A DNA stretch of 64,000 nucleotides from Alphaproteobacteria bacterium (GTDB lineage Bacteria > Pseudomonadota > Alphaproteobacteria > CAAHEQ01 > UBA3637), in the NCBI GenBank assembly GCA_017467335.1, contig JAFTSJ010000037.1, positions 1,078-65,077 of the forward strand. Reading direction: 5' to 3'. The notes beneath the pieces are model-generated. The model searched no databases. It was not told the origin of the DNA and saw only the letters and a program-made list of their open reading frames with translations. Below, one piece after another: positions 29,103-38,164 of the stretch. Positions within the stretch are counted from its first letter, which is position 1, and each line of letters starts with the position of its first letter. A program made the translations under genes and the position numbers.

Positions 29103-30254
29103 TTACTTTACACCATTGTCAATCAAACGTTGACGATATTCAGGTTTCCAATCAACCGGTTCATCTTTTCCGAAAGTACGACAATACGGTTCAATCGGAT
29201 ATAAATGAGGATTGGTATCTAATGCCGCTTGTCTTTTTTCCGAATCGGCGAATAAATAAAGGGCATAACCCCCATGACCGCCACCGCAATATTTATGACC
29301 CAGCGAATCTTTGATATCGGGTAAAGGCAACATGCCTTCGTCTAATTGAAGTTTATAACTCATTTGGACAGCTTCCGAAACAATAAAAATATCTTTTGCT
29401 ATGACGCCGATACGGGCAACTCGACCGGCTTGGGCAATTTGTTCAAAATTACGTTGCACGTTTGCTAAACTGGGCGTGTTGTGTTCAATGCAAGTATCTA
29501 AAACAGCCATACGACCACGCAAAAAATCACCGGTATTTTTACAATCTAATACCGGATAATCTCCGGACGACCATACGCAAGCTCCCGTTTCCGCAATAAC
29601 GGCAGGATCTTGCCAACCGACACCTAATCCCAATTCTGACTTAACGGGATCCCATCCGTTTAAAACACTCCAACCACCGCTACCGCCTAAACCGGCTCCT
29701 TTACGGTAAAGCCATTCATTCATGGAAACTGTTGGGGAAATAGCACAGTTAACAATATAAGCACCGTCAATTTTATTTTCAGGAACATCCAGCCAACCGC
29801 CGGCAAAATCAACACGTAACGGAACATAATTCGGGGCTTTTATTTTTTGAATAATTTGTGTGCAGGATAATTGATTAGAGTAAGGAGGTGTTTTTTCCAA
29901 CATAATATATTCAATTCCCATTTGGGCACAGAGTGCTTTTTTTTCGGCACTGTATTGGTCATCGGTTGTAACGGCTAAAATGTCCGGTTTATAAATGTCT
30001 ATTTCATTTTCAAATTCAAGCCCTTTACGGTTACCACGGCAAAATACAACTTTATCAACAATATCCAACGCAGAAAGAACAGCCATTTTATCCTGATCCG
30101 TCATGGCAGATTTCATACGATAAAGCTTCCACAATGTTTCCGAATCCGGAATGGCAACAATCAATTTGTTGCCCAGTTGTCGAGCATCTTTAAAAAATTG
30201 AATATGACCGGCATGCAAAATATTAAAAGCCCCCGAAATAAATACAGTTTTCAT
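29103..30254 (-). CDS. bifunctional protein: N-terminal TagD-like cytidylyltransferase + C-terminal ~250-aa domain with a Gly-rich GHMP-kinase-like loop
   Basis: N-terminus KTVFISGAFNILHAGHIQFF (HxGH). The C-terminal half contains KGAGLGGSGGWSVL, resembling the GHMP kinase phosphate-binding loop. Confidence 0.6.
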   Translation of the reverse strand: MKTVFISGAFNILHAGHIQFFKDARQLGNKLIVAIPDSETLWKLYRMKSAMTDQDKMAVLSALDIVDKVVFCRGNRKGLEFENEIDIYKPDILAVTTDDQYSAEKKALCAQMGIEYIMLEKTPPYSNQLSCTQIIQKIKAPNYVPLRVDFAGGWLDVPENKIDGAYIVNCAISPTVSMNEWLYRKGAGLGGSGGWSVLNGWDPVKSELGLGVGWQDPAVIAETGACVWSSGDYPVLDCKNTGDFLRGRMAVLDTCIEHNTPSLANVQRNFEQIAQAGRVARIGVIAKDIFIVSEAVQMSYKLQLDEGMLPLPDIKDSLGHKYCGGGHGGYALYLFADSEKRQAALDTNPHLYPIEPYCRTFGKDEPVDWKPEYRQRLIDNGVK

Positions 30255-30381
30255 ATATTCCTCTCTTTAAGTAAAAAACAACTATTTTGCACTATAATAC
30301 AAAGTGTGTTTATTTTCAACATGAAAAGTATTCTTTACTCAAAAATGATACATGTTGGATATAGATAAAAGACAGTTATTG

Positions 30382-30747
30382 TTAAAATAAGTCAAATAAA
30401 ACGCAAAACCATATAATTAAGGCATTTATAATGGATAAAAAAACTAAAAAACTGCCAATATCTTTCGCTTTTTTGGATAAAGGATGTTGTTTTTGAGAAA
30501 TTCTGTCAATAACAGTTTCAATAGCGGTGTTGGCTAATTCCATCATCAAGATAAGCATTAAAGAAGCAATTAAAATGCCTTTTGTAAGTATATTTATTGG
30601 TAATAAGAATGATAAAATTGTTCCCCCAATGAATAAAATTAAATCCAAACGAAACGATTCTTGTGTGCTAACGGCTATTTTAAAACCGTTATATGAATGT
30701 ATAAAAGAAAATAATAACCGTTTGATACCTGTCTGCGGTGTATTCAT
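30382..30747 (-). CDS. dgkA: diacylglycerol kinase
   Basis: 121 aa with three TM helices and the DgkA motif MMELANTAIETVIDRIS...AKDIGS. Confidence 0.8.
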   Translation of the reverse strand: MNTPQTGIKRLLFSFIHSYNGFKIAVSTQESFRLDLILFIGGTILSFLLPINILTKGILIASLMLILMMELANTAIETVIDRISQKQHPLSKKAKDIGSFLVFLSIINALIIWFCVLFDLF

Positions 30748-30798
30748 GCTACCTCCGTAAACAAAAAAAAGTCGCAGATACGCGACTTTTTATAAAAC

Positions 30799-30874
30799 TG
30801 GTAGCGGAAGAGGGGATCGAACCCCCGACACATGGATTATGATTCCACCGCTCTACCATCTGAGCTATTCCGCC
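30799..30874 (-). tRNA. tRNA-Met (anticodon CAU; could instead be tRNA-Ile2 if lysidinylated)
   Basis: 76 nt on the minus strand. Acceptor stem GGCGGAA/TTCCGCT; D arm GCTC-AGATGGTA-GAGC; anticodon stem GTGGA/TCCAT with loop ATCATAA; T arm GGGGG-TTCGATC-CCCTC; discriminator A; CCA encoded. Confidence 0.85.
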
Positions 30875-30990
30875 ATTCGATATGGGAACTATATACACCC
30901 AAAAAAAATGCTTGTCAACAAAAAAGTTGCATTTTTCAAAAAAATATTTTACAGTACATTTATTGGATAAACGAATTGAAAGGGAAAAGA

Positions 30991-31701
30991 ATGTCTGAAG
31001 TATTTTTTAACGGGGTTGCCGGTCGTCTGGAAGGACGTTTTCACAAATCAGAAAATCCACGTGCTCCACAAATATTGATATTACATCCTCAACCGTTACA
31101 AGGCGGGACGATGAATAATCGTGTGACATATGCGATGTTTCAGGCTTTTGTTAATATGGGCTTTTCCGTTTTAAGATTTAACTATCGTGGCGTTGGTAAT
31201 TCACAAGGGGAACTTGATGGTTCGGGTGTGGGTGAATTAGCTGATGCCATTATTGCGTTGGATTGGTTGCAAAATTTAGATTCGGAAGCAAATTGTTGTT
31301 GGATTGCCGGTTATTCTTTTGGGGCATGGGTGGCTGCACAATTATTGATGAGACGTCCGGAAATTAAAGGATTTGTTTTTGTTTCTCCGCCGACTGATAT
31401 GTATCCGTTTGATTTTTTAACACCTTGTCCTGCTTCGGGATTGATTATACAAGGGGGGGCTGATACAATTGTATCCGAATCATCAGTTGCCATGTTAGCA
31501 GAACAATTATCCGGACACAAATATCTGCGTGTTGAATACAAAGTCTTGCCAGAGGCTGATCATATTTATTCGCGTCATTTAAAAGATGTTCAGGATTTGA
31601 TTACCCAGATTGTTCCGGAGTTAAAAGGTCGCCCGAGAAAGGTTGTTAAAAAAGTTAAAAAAGCAACTGTTTCAACGGTTATATCCAATGAAGACTATTG
31701 A
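30991..31701 (+). CDS. alpha/beta-hydrolase fold protein
   Basis: GYSFGAW nucleophile elbow (G-x-S-x-G) with downstream Asp/His (EADHIY). I place the start at ATG 30991 after AAGGGAAAAG; the listed 30832 start overlaps the tRNA. Confidence 0.7.
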   Translation: MSEVFFNGVAGRLEGRFHKSENPRAPQILILHPQPLQGGTMNNRVTYAMFQAFVNMGFSVLRFNYRGVGNSQGELDGSGVGELADAIIALDWLQNLDSEANCCWIAGYSFGAWVAAQLLMRRPEIKGFVFVSPPTDMYPFDFLTPCPASGLIIQGGADTIVSESSVAMLAEQLSGHKYLRVEYKVLPEADHIYSRHLKDVQDLITQIVPELKGRPRKVVKKVKKATVSTVISNEDY

Positions 31702-32584
31702 TTATATTGATGTGTTAGATGCTTTTAAAGCCTTTGACATACATACAAAACGTTATACGGAAAAAAATAAAGAATGGCTCAGTTGGAAATATTTTCACAC
31801 ATTAGATGTTGTGAAGACGGGGTTTGAGATTATTCAAAAAGAAAAGATATTGGCAGAAATGTCGGAAGAATCGCATAAACGCATGGAACGTTCTTTGCTG
31901 TTCCACGATATTGCCCGTTCAAAACAGATGATGCCAAACGGATGTATGATACCTCATTTTGTCCATGGGGCAGAAGGTATGCAAATGCTTTTAGAAAAAG
32001 GGGAACAAGATATATCCGTTTTGTCATCGGTGTTGGTTCATGATCAACTTACGATGAATTTTTTGGAAGAACAAGAACATATTCTGAAACAAGACATTGT
32101 TTTTCAAAAGTTACCTGAATTAGTTCAAAAAAGTGTTTTAACAATAAATCAATCGTACCAATCTTTGTCTGATAAAGAAAAATTATTTGTTCGTCAAACA
32201 TGTTTTTTAGTAAAAGATGCAGATACATTATCAAATATTTTGAATTACCAACAATTATTAAAAATTGAAAAAAATACGGATATTTTTCATATAACACCGG
32301 CCGTTTGGAAGGCGGTATCTGAACGTCAGTATGTTCCATATAAAAATGTTGCGACTTTTTTAGATAAAATATTGGTTTATATGGCGTGGACTTGGCATTT
32401 TTATTATGAAGCCACGATTCGCATTTTATGGCAATCAGATATATTAAATCATATGAAAGAATATGTTTTGTTTGAAATGAAACACAACGGTTATACAAAT
32501 CGTGTGGTAGAAATTGATGTATTGTTAAAAGAGTTAATTGACAATATACGCCAATTTCATGAAGTAAAGGTGAAACATCATTGA
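31688..32584 (+). CDS. HD-domain protein (putative metal-dependent phosphohydrolase)
   Basis: H..(x)..HD arrangement (FHTLDV ... LLFHDIARS). The start is uncertain: 31643 or 31688. Confidence 0.5.
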   Translation: MKTIDYIDVLDAFKAFDIHTKRYTEKNKEWLSWKYFHTLDVVKTGFEIIQKEKILAEMSEESHKRMERSLLFHDIARSKQMMPNGCMIPHFVHGAEGMQMLLEKGEQDISVLSSVLVHDQLTMNFLEEQEHILKQDIVFQKLPELVQKSVLTINQSYQSLSDKEKLFVRQTCFLVKDADTLSNILNYQQLLKIEKNTDIFHITPAVWKAVSERQYVPYKNVATFLDKILVYMAWTWHFYYEATIRILWQSDILNHMKEYVLFEMKHNGYTNRVVEIDVLLKELIDNIRQFHEVKVKHH

Positions 32585-32724
32585 TTATTTTCTGTTCGTT
32601 ATATGATTTAGTTGTCATGTTGTTTGTTTTGAAAAATATTTGTACATTTTTTTGTTGAATAAATAAATTTTTTGTGCTAAAATAACTGAAAGTATAACAT
32701 GGTTGATAGAAGGAGGAGGTTAAA

Positions 32725-33603
32725 ATGACTGATACAATACAAAAAGAACCTAAAAAAAAGAAATCTCCTGCCCAAAGATGGGTTAAAAGAATTTGGAATA
32801 TGATACCCAGTATGAAATCGCTGATAAAAGGGGCTGTATTTGTTACGAAAAAGTTTTTAGTCCGGAAATGGGAAAATGTGCAAAAAGATATTGCTGATGT
32901 GATTGATATCTTGAAACGAACCAAACGGACATTAGGAGCATTTTCTCCACATCAGATTAAGACGTCACCGGCTAAGGCGATTGATTGCCCATTGAATGAA
33001 TGTCCGATTATTATTAAAATTGAAACCTTAGGTGATAAAGGTCGCTGCATGCACGGTGCGGCGGCGTATAAAGGCATTATTGTTGATAGTGACGGCGAAG
33101 GACACAACACGACCGATGATGGTCGGATGGAAGAACCGGAAGATACAAACGGTCAATATTTTGTTATATATCCCAGTCGGTTGGGTATTGATGAAGAAAA
33201 ATTATTGCAGGCAATGAAACAAGAAGCTGCAAAAACAGGAGATTATGATTTTTATACGAATAACTGTATTGATCATGTCATCAGACCGTTGCAGGCAGCC
33301 GGTGTTCAAATTGATTTAGGAGAAGTATCAACGCCCAAAGAACTGTGTCAATGGTGTGACAATATTTGTTGTACGCAAAAAGCCGGTTATTTGTTGAATG
33401 AGGAAGAATATCAATCCTTTTTAAACCGTATTGAAGAACAAAATAAAAATGATATGGAACAATTGTATTTGATTTCTTCATTATACAATATCATAACTCG
33501 GCATAAGCCTAAACAAAGACCGATTATTCAAAAAGCAAATGAAACGGCAAAATCTTCCTATCTGTTTGAAAGAGGTCGTATTGAACAGATGTGTTACGGA
33601 TAG
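32725..33603 (+). CDS. hypothetical protein with an LRAT/H-Rev107-like (NlpC/P60-superfamily, permuted papain-fold) catalytic signature
   Basis: A His upstream (CMHGAAAYKGIIVDSDGEGHN) followed ~70 aa later by NNCIDHV, reminiscent of the NCEHF active-site Cys motif of LRAT-like acyltransferases/phospholipases. The SD GAAGGAGGAGG is very strong. Confidence 0.55.
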   Translation: MTDTIQKEPKKKKSPAQRWVKRIWNMIPSMKSLIKGAVFVTKKFLVRKWENVQKDIADVIDILKRTKRTLGAFSPHQIKTSPAKAIDCPLNECPIIIKIETLGDKGRCMHGAAAYKGIIVDSDGEGHNTTDDGRMEEPEDTNGQYFVIYPSRLGIDEEKLLQAMKQEAAKTGDYDFYTNNCIDHVIRPLQAAGVQIDLGEVSTPKELCQWCDNICCTQKAGYLLNEEEYQSFLNRIEEQNKNDMEQLYLISSLYNIITRHKPKQRPIIQKANETAKSSYLFERGRIEQMCYG

Positions 33604-33608
33604 CAAAT

Positions 33609-33643
33609 AACGGGTGTTGGTACAACACCCGTTTTCTTTTTTT
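33609..33643 (+). terminator. rho-independent terminator (acgggtgttg / caacacccgt stem + T-tract)
   Basis: aacgggtgttggtacaacacccgttttcttttttt. Confidence 0.75.
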
Positions 33644-33687
33644 AGATTCGAACGCAATGCTACCAAAGTCAGTAGGGAATGTTTGTT

Positions 33688-35019
33688 TTATTTTATGACG
33701 AATGGTAACCAATTTTTTATTTTTTCCTTGGCTCGTTGTGTGTAAAGGCGTTTTCTGTCTTGACCTTTAACCTTTTTTGTATAACCGGATAAATCCAGTT
33801 CGGGGAAAATACCGAAATTGATGTTCATCGGTTGAAATAATTCTTCTTTTCCATCAATCGTAATATGAGATAACATAGATCCGAGGGCTGTTTCTCGAGG
33901 CGGTAACGGCAAATCAGGAAGAGCCGTAAATAAACCGGCCAATAATCCGATAGACGCACTTTCAATATATCCTTCACAACCGGTTATTTGTCCGGCTAGT
34001 TTAATATTGGGTCGTTGTTTGAGTTGCAATTTCTCTGTTAAAACACGAGGGCCACAAACAAATGTATTTCTATGAATACCTCCTAAACGGGCAAATTCAG
34101 CATTTTTTAATGCCGGAATTAAACGAAAAACTTCTTTTTGGGCTCCATATGTTAATTTTGTTTGAAATCCGACTAAATTCATTAGCGAACCTTGCTTGTT
34201 TTCTTTGCGTAATTGAACAACGGCAAAGGGACGTCTGCCGTCTTCGTGCGGATTTGATAAACCAACCGGTTTCATCGGACCGAATAAAAGCGTTTGTCGT
34301 CCTCTTTCTGCCATAACTTCGACCGGTAAACACCCTTCAAAATAAGGTGTATTTTTTTCCCAATCTTTGAATTGAACACGTTCTCCAGTTAATAAAGCAT
34401 CAATAAATTGATTGTATTCATCTTTTGTTAAAGCACAGTTTAAGTAATCAGTTCCATCTCCTTTATCATAACGGGATTGATACCAAGCATATTTCATATC
34501 TATACTATCTGTGTAAACAATCGGAGCGATGGCGTCAAAGAAATGTAACGAATCCTGTTGGGTTATATTTTGAAGGTCGTGAGCCATTTTATCACTGGTT
34601 AGCGGACCCGTAGCAATAATAATCGAATCCGAATCGTTATCAGGTACTCCCATTTCGTTTACTTCAAAAGAAAATAATGGATGAGATTTAAGTGTGTGGG
34701 TAATCATTTGGGCAAATTCAGTTCGATTAACAGCTAATGCACCACCGGCAGGGACTTGTGTTGCATCGGCACATTTCATAATCAAAGAATCACATTGACG
34801 CATTTCTTCATGTAATAAACCGACTGAATTGATATTCGAATCATCAGAACGAAGTGAATTTGAACAAACTAATTCTCCAAATAAATCAGTTGTATGAGCC
34901 GGTGTTGATTTTTGTGGACGCATATCAATCATATGAACGGGGATATTTCTTTTTAATAATTGCCAAGCGGCTTCCGAACCGGCTAAACCGGCACCGATAA
35001 TCGTTACTTTTTTTGTCAT
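33688..35019 (-). CDS. trmFO: methylenetetrahydrofolate--tRNA-(uracil54-C5)-methyltransferase
   Basis: N-terminal FAD site VTIIGAGLAGSEAAWQL and GidA-like family length (443 aa). Confidence 0.9.
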   Translation of the reverse strand: MTKKVTIIGAGLAGSEAAWQLLKRNIPVHMIDMRPQKSTPAHTTDLFGELVCSNSLRSDDSNINSVGLLHEEMRQCDSLIMKCADATQVPAGGALAVNRTEFAQMITHTLKSHPLFSFEVNEMGVPDNDSDSIIIATGPLTSDKMAHDLQNITQQDSLHFFDAIAPIVYTDSIDMKYAWYQSRYDKGDGTDYLNCALTKDEYNQFIDALLTGERVQFKDWEKNTPYFEGCLPVEVMAERGRQTLLFGPMKPVGLSNPHEDGRRPFAVVQLRKENKQGSLMNLVGFQTKLTYGAQKEVFRLIPALKNAEFARLGGIHRNTFVCGPRVLTEKLQLKQRPNIKLAGQITGCEGYIESASIGLLAGLFTALPDLPLPPRETALGSMLSHITIDGKEELFQPMNINFGIFPELDLSGYTKKVKGQDRKRLYTQRAKEKIKNWLPFVIK

Positions 35020-35063
35020 TTTTGCTTTCCTTTTTAATATAAATATGCTATAACATAAAAATA

Positions 35064-35861
35064 ATGAAAAAGAAATATTTTTATAGCATTGTTTTTATAT
35101 TTTTCGGCATGTTATTGTTTGACATACCTGTTTTGTCGTATGAATCTAAATTAAGTAAAGAAGATTTAGCTGAAATACAAAAAATAAAGAATCATAATAA
35201 GCAACAGTTAGAACAGCAAATGACACTGGAACGGTATCAAAAAGAACATCCGAATTCTATGACCCCGCAACCGGAAGAATATTGGGATTTGGCTTGGCAT
35301 GCTCGTTTGGCGGATTATGGTGATGAAGAAAGTCAATTTGTTATTGCTCGTGCTTATGATAAGGGGCAACAAGTTGATCAAAATCCGAAAAAAGCCATTG
35401 CTTTTTATGAAAAAGCAGCTGATCAAGGACATATTGATGCTTGTATGCGTTTAGGGGAAATATATTCTGAAAATAAGTGGGTTAAAAAAGACGAAGAAAA
35501 ATCGTTATATTGGTATGCCAAAGCCGCAAAAAACGGTTATGTTCAGGCTCAATTGAAAGTGTCTGAAATCTGTAAAGAAAAGGGAGATTATGTATTGGCT
35601 GTTTTGTATTTGGAAACCGGATTAAAACAATTATTTCCTCAGGCTGATAAATTAGAAACATATGCTCCTGATTTGGTTGAATTAAAACGGTTGGCTCAAA
35701 TGCAGAAAAAAATGAATGACAGAGGTGTTTATCGATTCGTGTTGCATGAAAGCGGTCTTTCAAGTTTTCAATCCAGACAATTGCAACAAAAGAATATCAA
35801 TCGTTCACCAATGCAACCGTTTAAGCCTCAAAAACGTGTTTTAAAAGAGGTTCATCAATGA
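35064..35861 (+). CDS. Sel1-repeat (TPR-like) protein with N-terminal signal peptide
   Basis: Signal-like N-terminus MKKKYFYSIVFIFFGMLLF, then Sel1 units (AYDKGQQVDQNPKKAIAFYEKAADQGHIDACMRLGEIY; YWYAKAAKNGYVQAQLKV). Confidence 0.75.
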   Translation: MKKKYFYSIVFIFFGMLLFDIPVLSYESKLSKEDLAEIQKIKNHNKQQLEQQMTLERYQKEHPNSMTPQPEEYWDLAWHARLADYGDEESQFVIARAYDKGQQVDQNPKKAIAFYEKAADQGHIDACMRLGEIYSENKWVKKDEEKSLYWYAKAAKNGYVQAQLKVSEICKEKGDYVLAVLYLETGLKQLFPQADKLETYAPDLVELKRLAQMQKKMNDRGVYRFVLHESGLSSFQSRQLQQKNINRSPMQPFKPQKRVLKEVHQ

Positions 35862-36793
35862 CCAAGCGAAACGAGTGTCCGATATTTTCGGCTCCGATGG
35901 CTGGGGTAACGGACAAGCCCTTTCGCTACATATTACGCCGGTTTGGTATGCAAACGCTTTATACTGAAATGATAGGCGTTAACACATTGGCCTATCGACA
36001 TCCTTCAACGTGTAAAATGATACATATTGCTGATGAAAAAAATATTATTGTTCAGTTGGTTGGTGTTGATGAAGATAATATGATAAAAGGGGCAAAAGAA
36101 GCCGAATTCAACGGAGCAATCGGTATTGATATCAATATGGGCTGTCCGGTTAAAAAATTGATTTCAAACGGAAGTGGGGCGGCTTTGATGAAGGATATAG
36201 ATAAGGCGTGTCGATTGGTTGAAAGGGTTAAAGAAAGTGTATCTGTTCCTGTTAGTGTTAAAACCCGATTGGGATGGGATGAACAACATATAACGATAAA
36301 TGAATTTGTTCAAAAAATGAGTCAAACAGGTGTTTCGCACATTACGATACATGGTCGAACCCGAGAACAAGGCTATGCCGGTCAGGCTAATATAACAGCG
36401 ATAGAACAAGTGGCTCGTCAAAATTTAGTCCCCATTATTGCCAATGGTGATATTACAGATAGGCAAAGTGCTGAAAACATGTGTAATAAAGAATGTTTTT
36501 CCGGTTTGATGATTGGACGGGGAATATTGGGAAAACCATGGTTATTACAAGAAATAGAAACAAAAAAAAAGCCGTCATTTTGTTTAAGTGATATTGTACT
36601 GGAACATTTAGATTTAATGTTGCACTATTACGGAAAACATGGTTTGTATGTTGCTCGAAAACATCTTGCTTGGTATGCTCGAGGTAAAAAAGAAGTTGCA
36701 CAATTTTGCCGAAATATATATCTTGAAGAAGATGAAAAAGAAGTTAAGCGACAAATTATCTCTTTTTTTACAAATGCCGAAGAAAAGGAATAG
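35858..36793 (+). CDS. tRNA-dihydrouridine synthase
   Basis: FSAPMAGVTDKPFR Dus N-terminal motif, a TIM-barrel flavoenzyme with catalytic Cys in NMGCP; 311 aa. Confidence 0.85.
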   Translation: MTKRNECPIFSAPMAGVTDKPFRYILRRFGMQTLYTEMIGVNTLAYRHPSTCKMIHIADEKNIIVQLVGVDEDNMIKGAKEAEFNGAIGIDINMGCPVKKLISNGSGAALMKDIDKACRLVERVKESVSVPVSVKTRLGWDEQHITINEFVQKMSQTGVSHITIHGRTREQGYAGQANITAIEQVARQNLVPIIANGDITDRQSAENMCNKECFSGLMIGRGILGKPWLLQEIETKKKPSFCLSDIVLEHLDLMLHYYGKHGLYVARKHLAWYARGKKEVAQFCRNIYLEEDEKEVKRQIISFFTNAEEKE

Positions 36794-36796
36794 AAC

Positions 36797-38164
36797 ATGA
36801 AAATCATTATTGCCGGAGCCGGACAGATAGGTGTTGGATTAGCAAAATATTTGCGTGCTGAAAACAATGAAATCGTATTGGTTGACAGTGATTGCGAACG
36901 ATTAGGAAATTTAAGTGAACAATTGGATATTCAAACAATTGAAGGTTCGGCTGCCTATCCGGCGGTTTTGGAAAAAGCAGGAGCACGTCAGGCTGATGTT
37001 TTTTTAGCGGTTACCGGTTCTGATGAAACTAATATTGTGTCGTGTGGTGTTGCCCGTTCTATTTTTAATATTCCAACACGTATTGCACGCATATTAGCTA
37101 GCGAATATTTATCACAAAAATATAAATCTTTTTTACAATCACAAAGTATAGATGTTGTCTTGTCACCGGAGATGGAAACAGCACGTCGTGTTTTAGAAAA
37201 TTTATCTGTTTCTCATTCAGTTGACTTTTTTAATTTATCGGAAGGCATTGCCAAATTGATTGGTTTAAGATGTCGTAAAACATCACCATTAGTTGGAAAA
37301 ACAGTCAATGAATTAAGAAAATTAACAGAAGGCTTTAACATTCAATTTGTTGCCATTAAGCGTCGTCAACGTTTAAAACCGTTAGAAGATACCGTTTTAC
37401 GATTTGGGGATGATATTTATTTTGTTGTTGATTCAAAGCATGTCAGACCGATTTTGGATATTTTTGCATATGAAACGATTTCACCGAAATACATGGTTAT
37501 TTTTGGAGGAGGAAAAGTTGGTTATCAATTGGCTCGTTTATTAGAACATACATCATATGCACAAGATGTAACAGTTGTTGAAATGAAAGAAGAACGAGCT
37601 CGCTATTTAGCAGAAAGATTGGAAAATACGCTGGTTATACATGGAGATGGTTTGGATGATAAATTGGTTGATGATTTAAAGTTATCTAATTATCAAGTTG
37701 CAATCGCAACAACTCAATCGGATGAAAGTAATATTTTATTATCATTATTGGCCAAAAGAAACGGTGTTGAAAGAACGTGTGCTTTGATACATAATCCTCT
37801 TTATGATGATTTAGTAACGGGTTTAGGTGTTGATGTAACGATTGAACCCAATTCTGTTCTTGTATCAGCTATTTTGCAACATATGCGTAAAGGACGTGTA
37901 CGTAGCGATTATTTTATTCAATCCGGTATCGGGGAGATTTTGGAAGTTGAAGCATTGGAAACTTCTAAAATCACGCATGCTCCGTTAGGCAAGATTAAAA
38001 TACCGGCAGGTGTTGTGATAGCCGGTATTGTTCGAAATGGAGAATTTATTATTCCTCAATCGGATTTTATTGTTCAAAAACAAGATTTAGTTATTTTATT
38101 TGTTGAACGGGGAAAAGTGCGTGAAGCGGAAAAATTGTTTACGGTCGGATTTAATTTCTTTTGA
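36797..38164 (+). CDS. trkA: Trk system potassium uptake protein TrkA (tandem RCK/NAD-binding domains)
   Basis: MKIIIAGAGQIGVGLAKYL and a second Rossmann site MVIFGGGKVGYQLARLL; 455 aa. Confidence 0.85.
   Translation: MKIIIAGAGQIGVGLAKYLRAENNEIVLVDSDCERLGNLSEQLDIQTIEGSAAYPAVLEKAGARQADVFLAVTGSDETNIVSCGVARSIFNIPTRIARILASEYLSQKYKSFLQSQSIDVVLSPEMETARRVLENLSVSHSVDFFNLSEGIAKLIGLRCRKTSPLVGKTVNELRKLTEGFNIQFVAIKRRQRLKPLEDTVLRFGDDIYFVVDSKHVRPILDIFAYETISPKYMVIFGGGKVGYQLARLLEHTSYAQDVTVVEMKEERARYLAERLENTLVIHGDGLDDKLVDDLKLSNYQVAIATTQSDESNILLSLLAKRNGVERTCALIHNPLYDDLVTGLGVDVTIEPNSVLVSAILQHMRKGRVRSDYFIQSGIGEILEVEALETSKITHAPLGKIKIPAGVVIAGIVRNGEFIIPQSDFIVQKQDLVILFVERGKVREAEKLFTVGFNFF

Noticed and set aside
30832-30990. 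Listed N-terminal extension of the alpha/beta hydrolase ORF
   Set aside because: It overlaps the minus-strand tRNA-Met. The internal ATG at 30991 has a proper SD and gives a normal-length hydrolase.
32049-32924. 291-aa reverse-strand ORF overlapping the HD-domain gene and the LRAT-like gene start
   Set aside because: Antisense to two better-supported genes, very low-complexity F/I/K-rich translation typical of AT-rich antisense frames, and no RBS.
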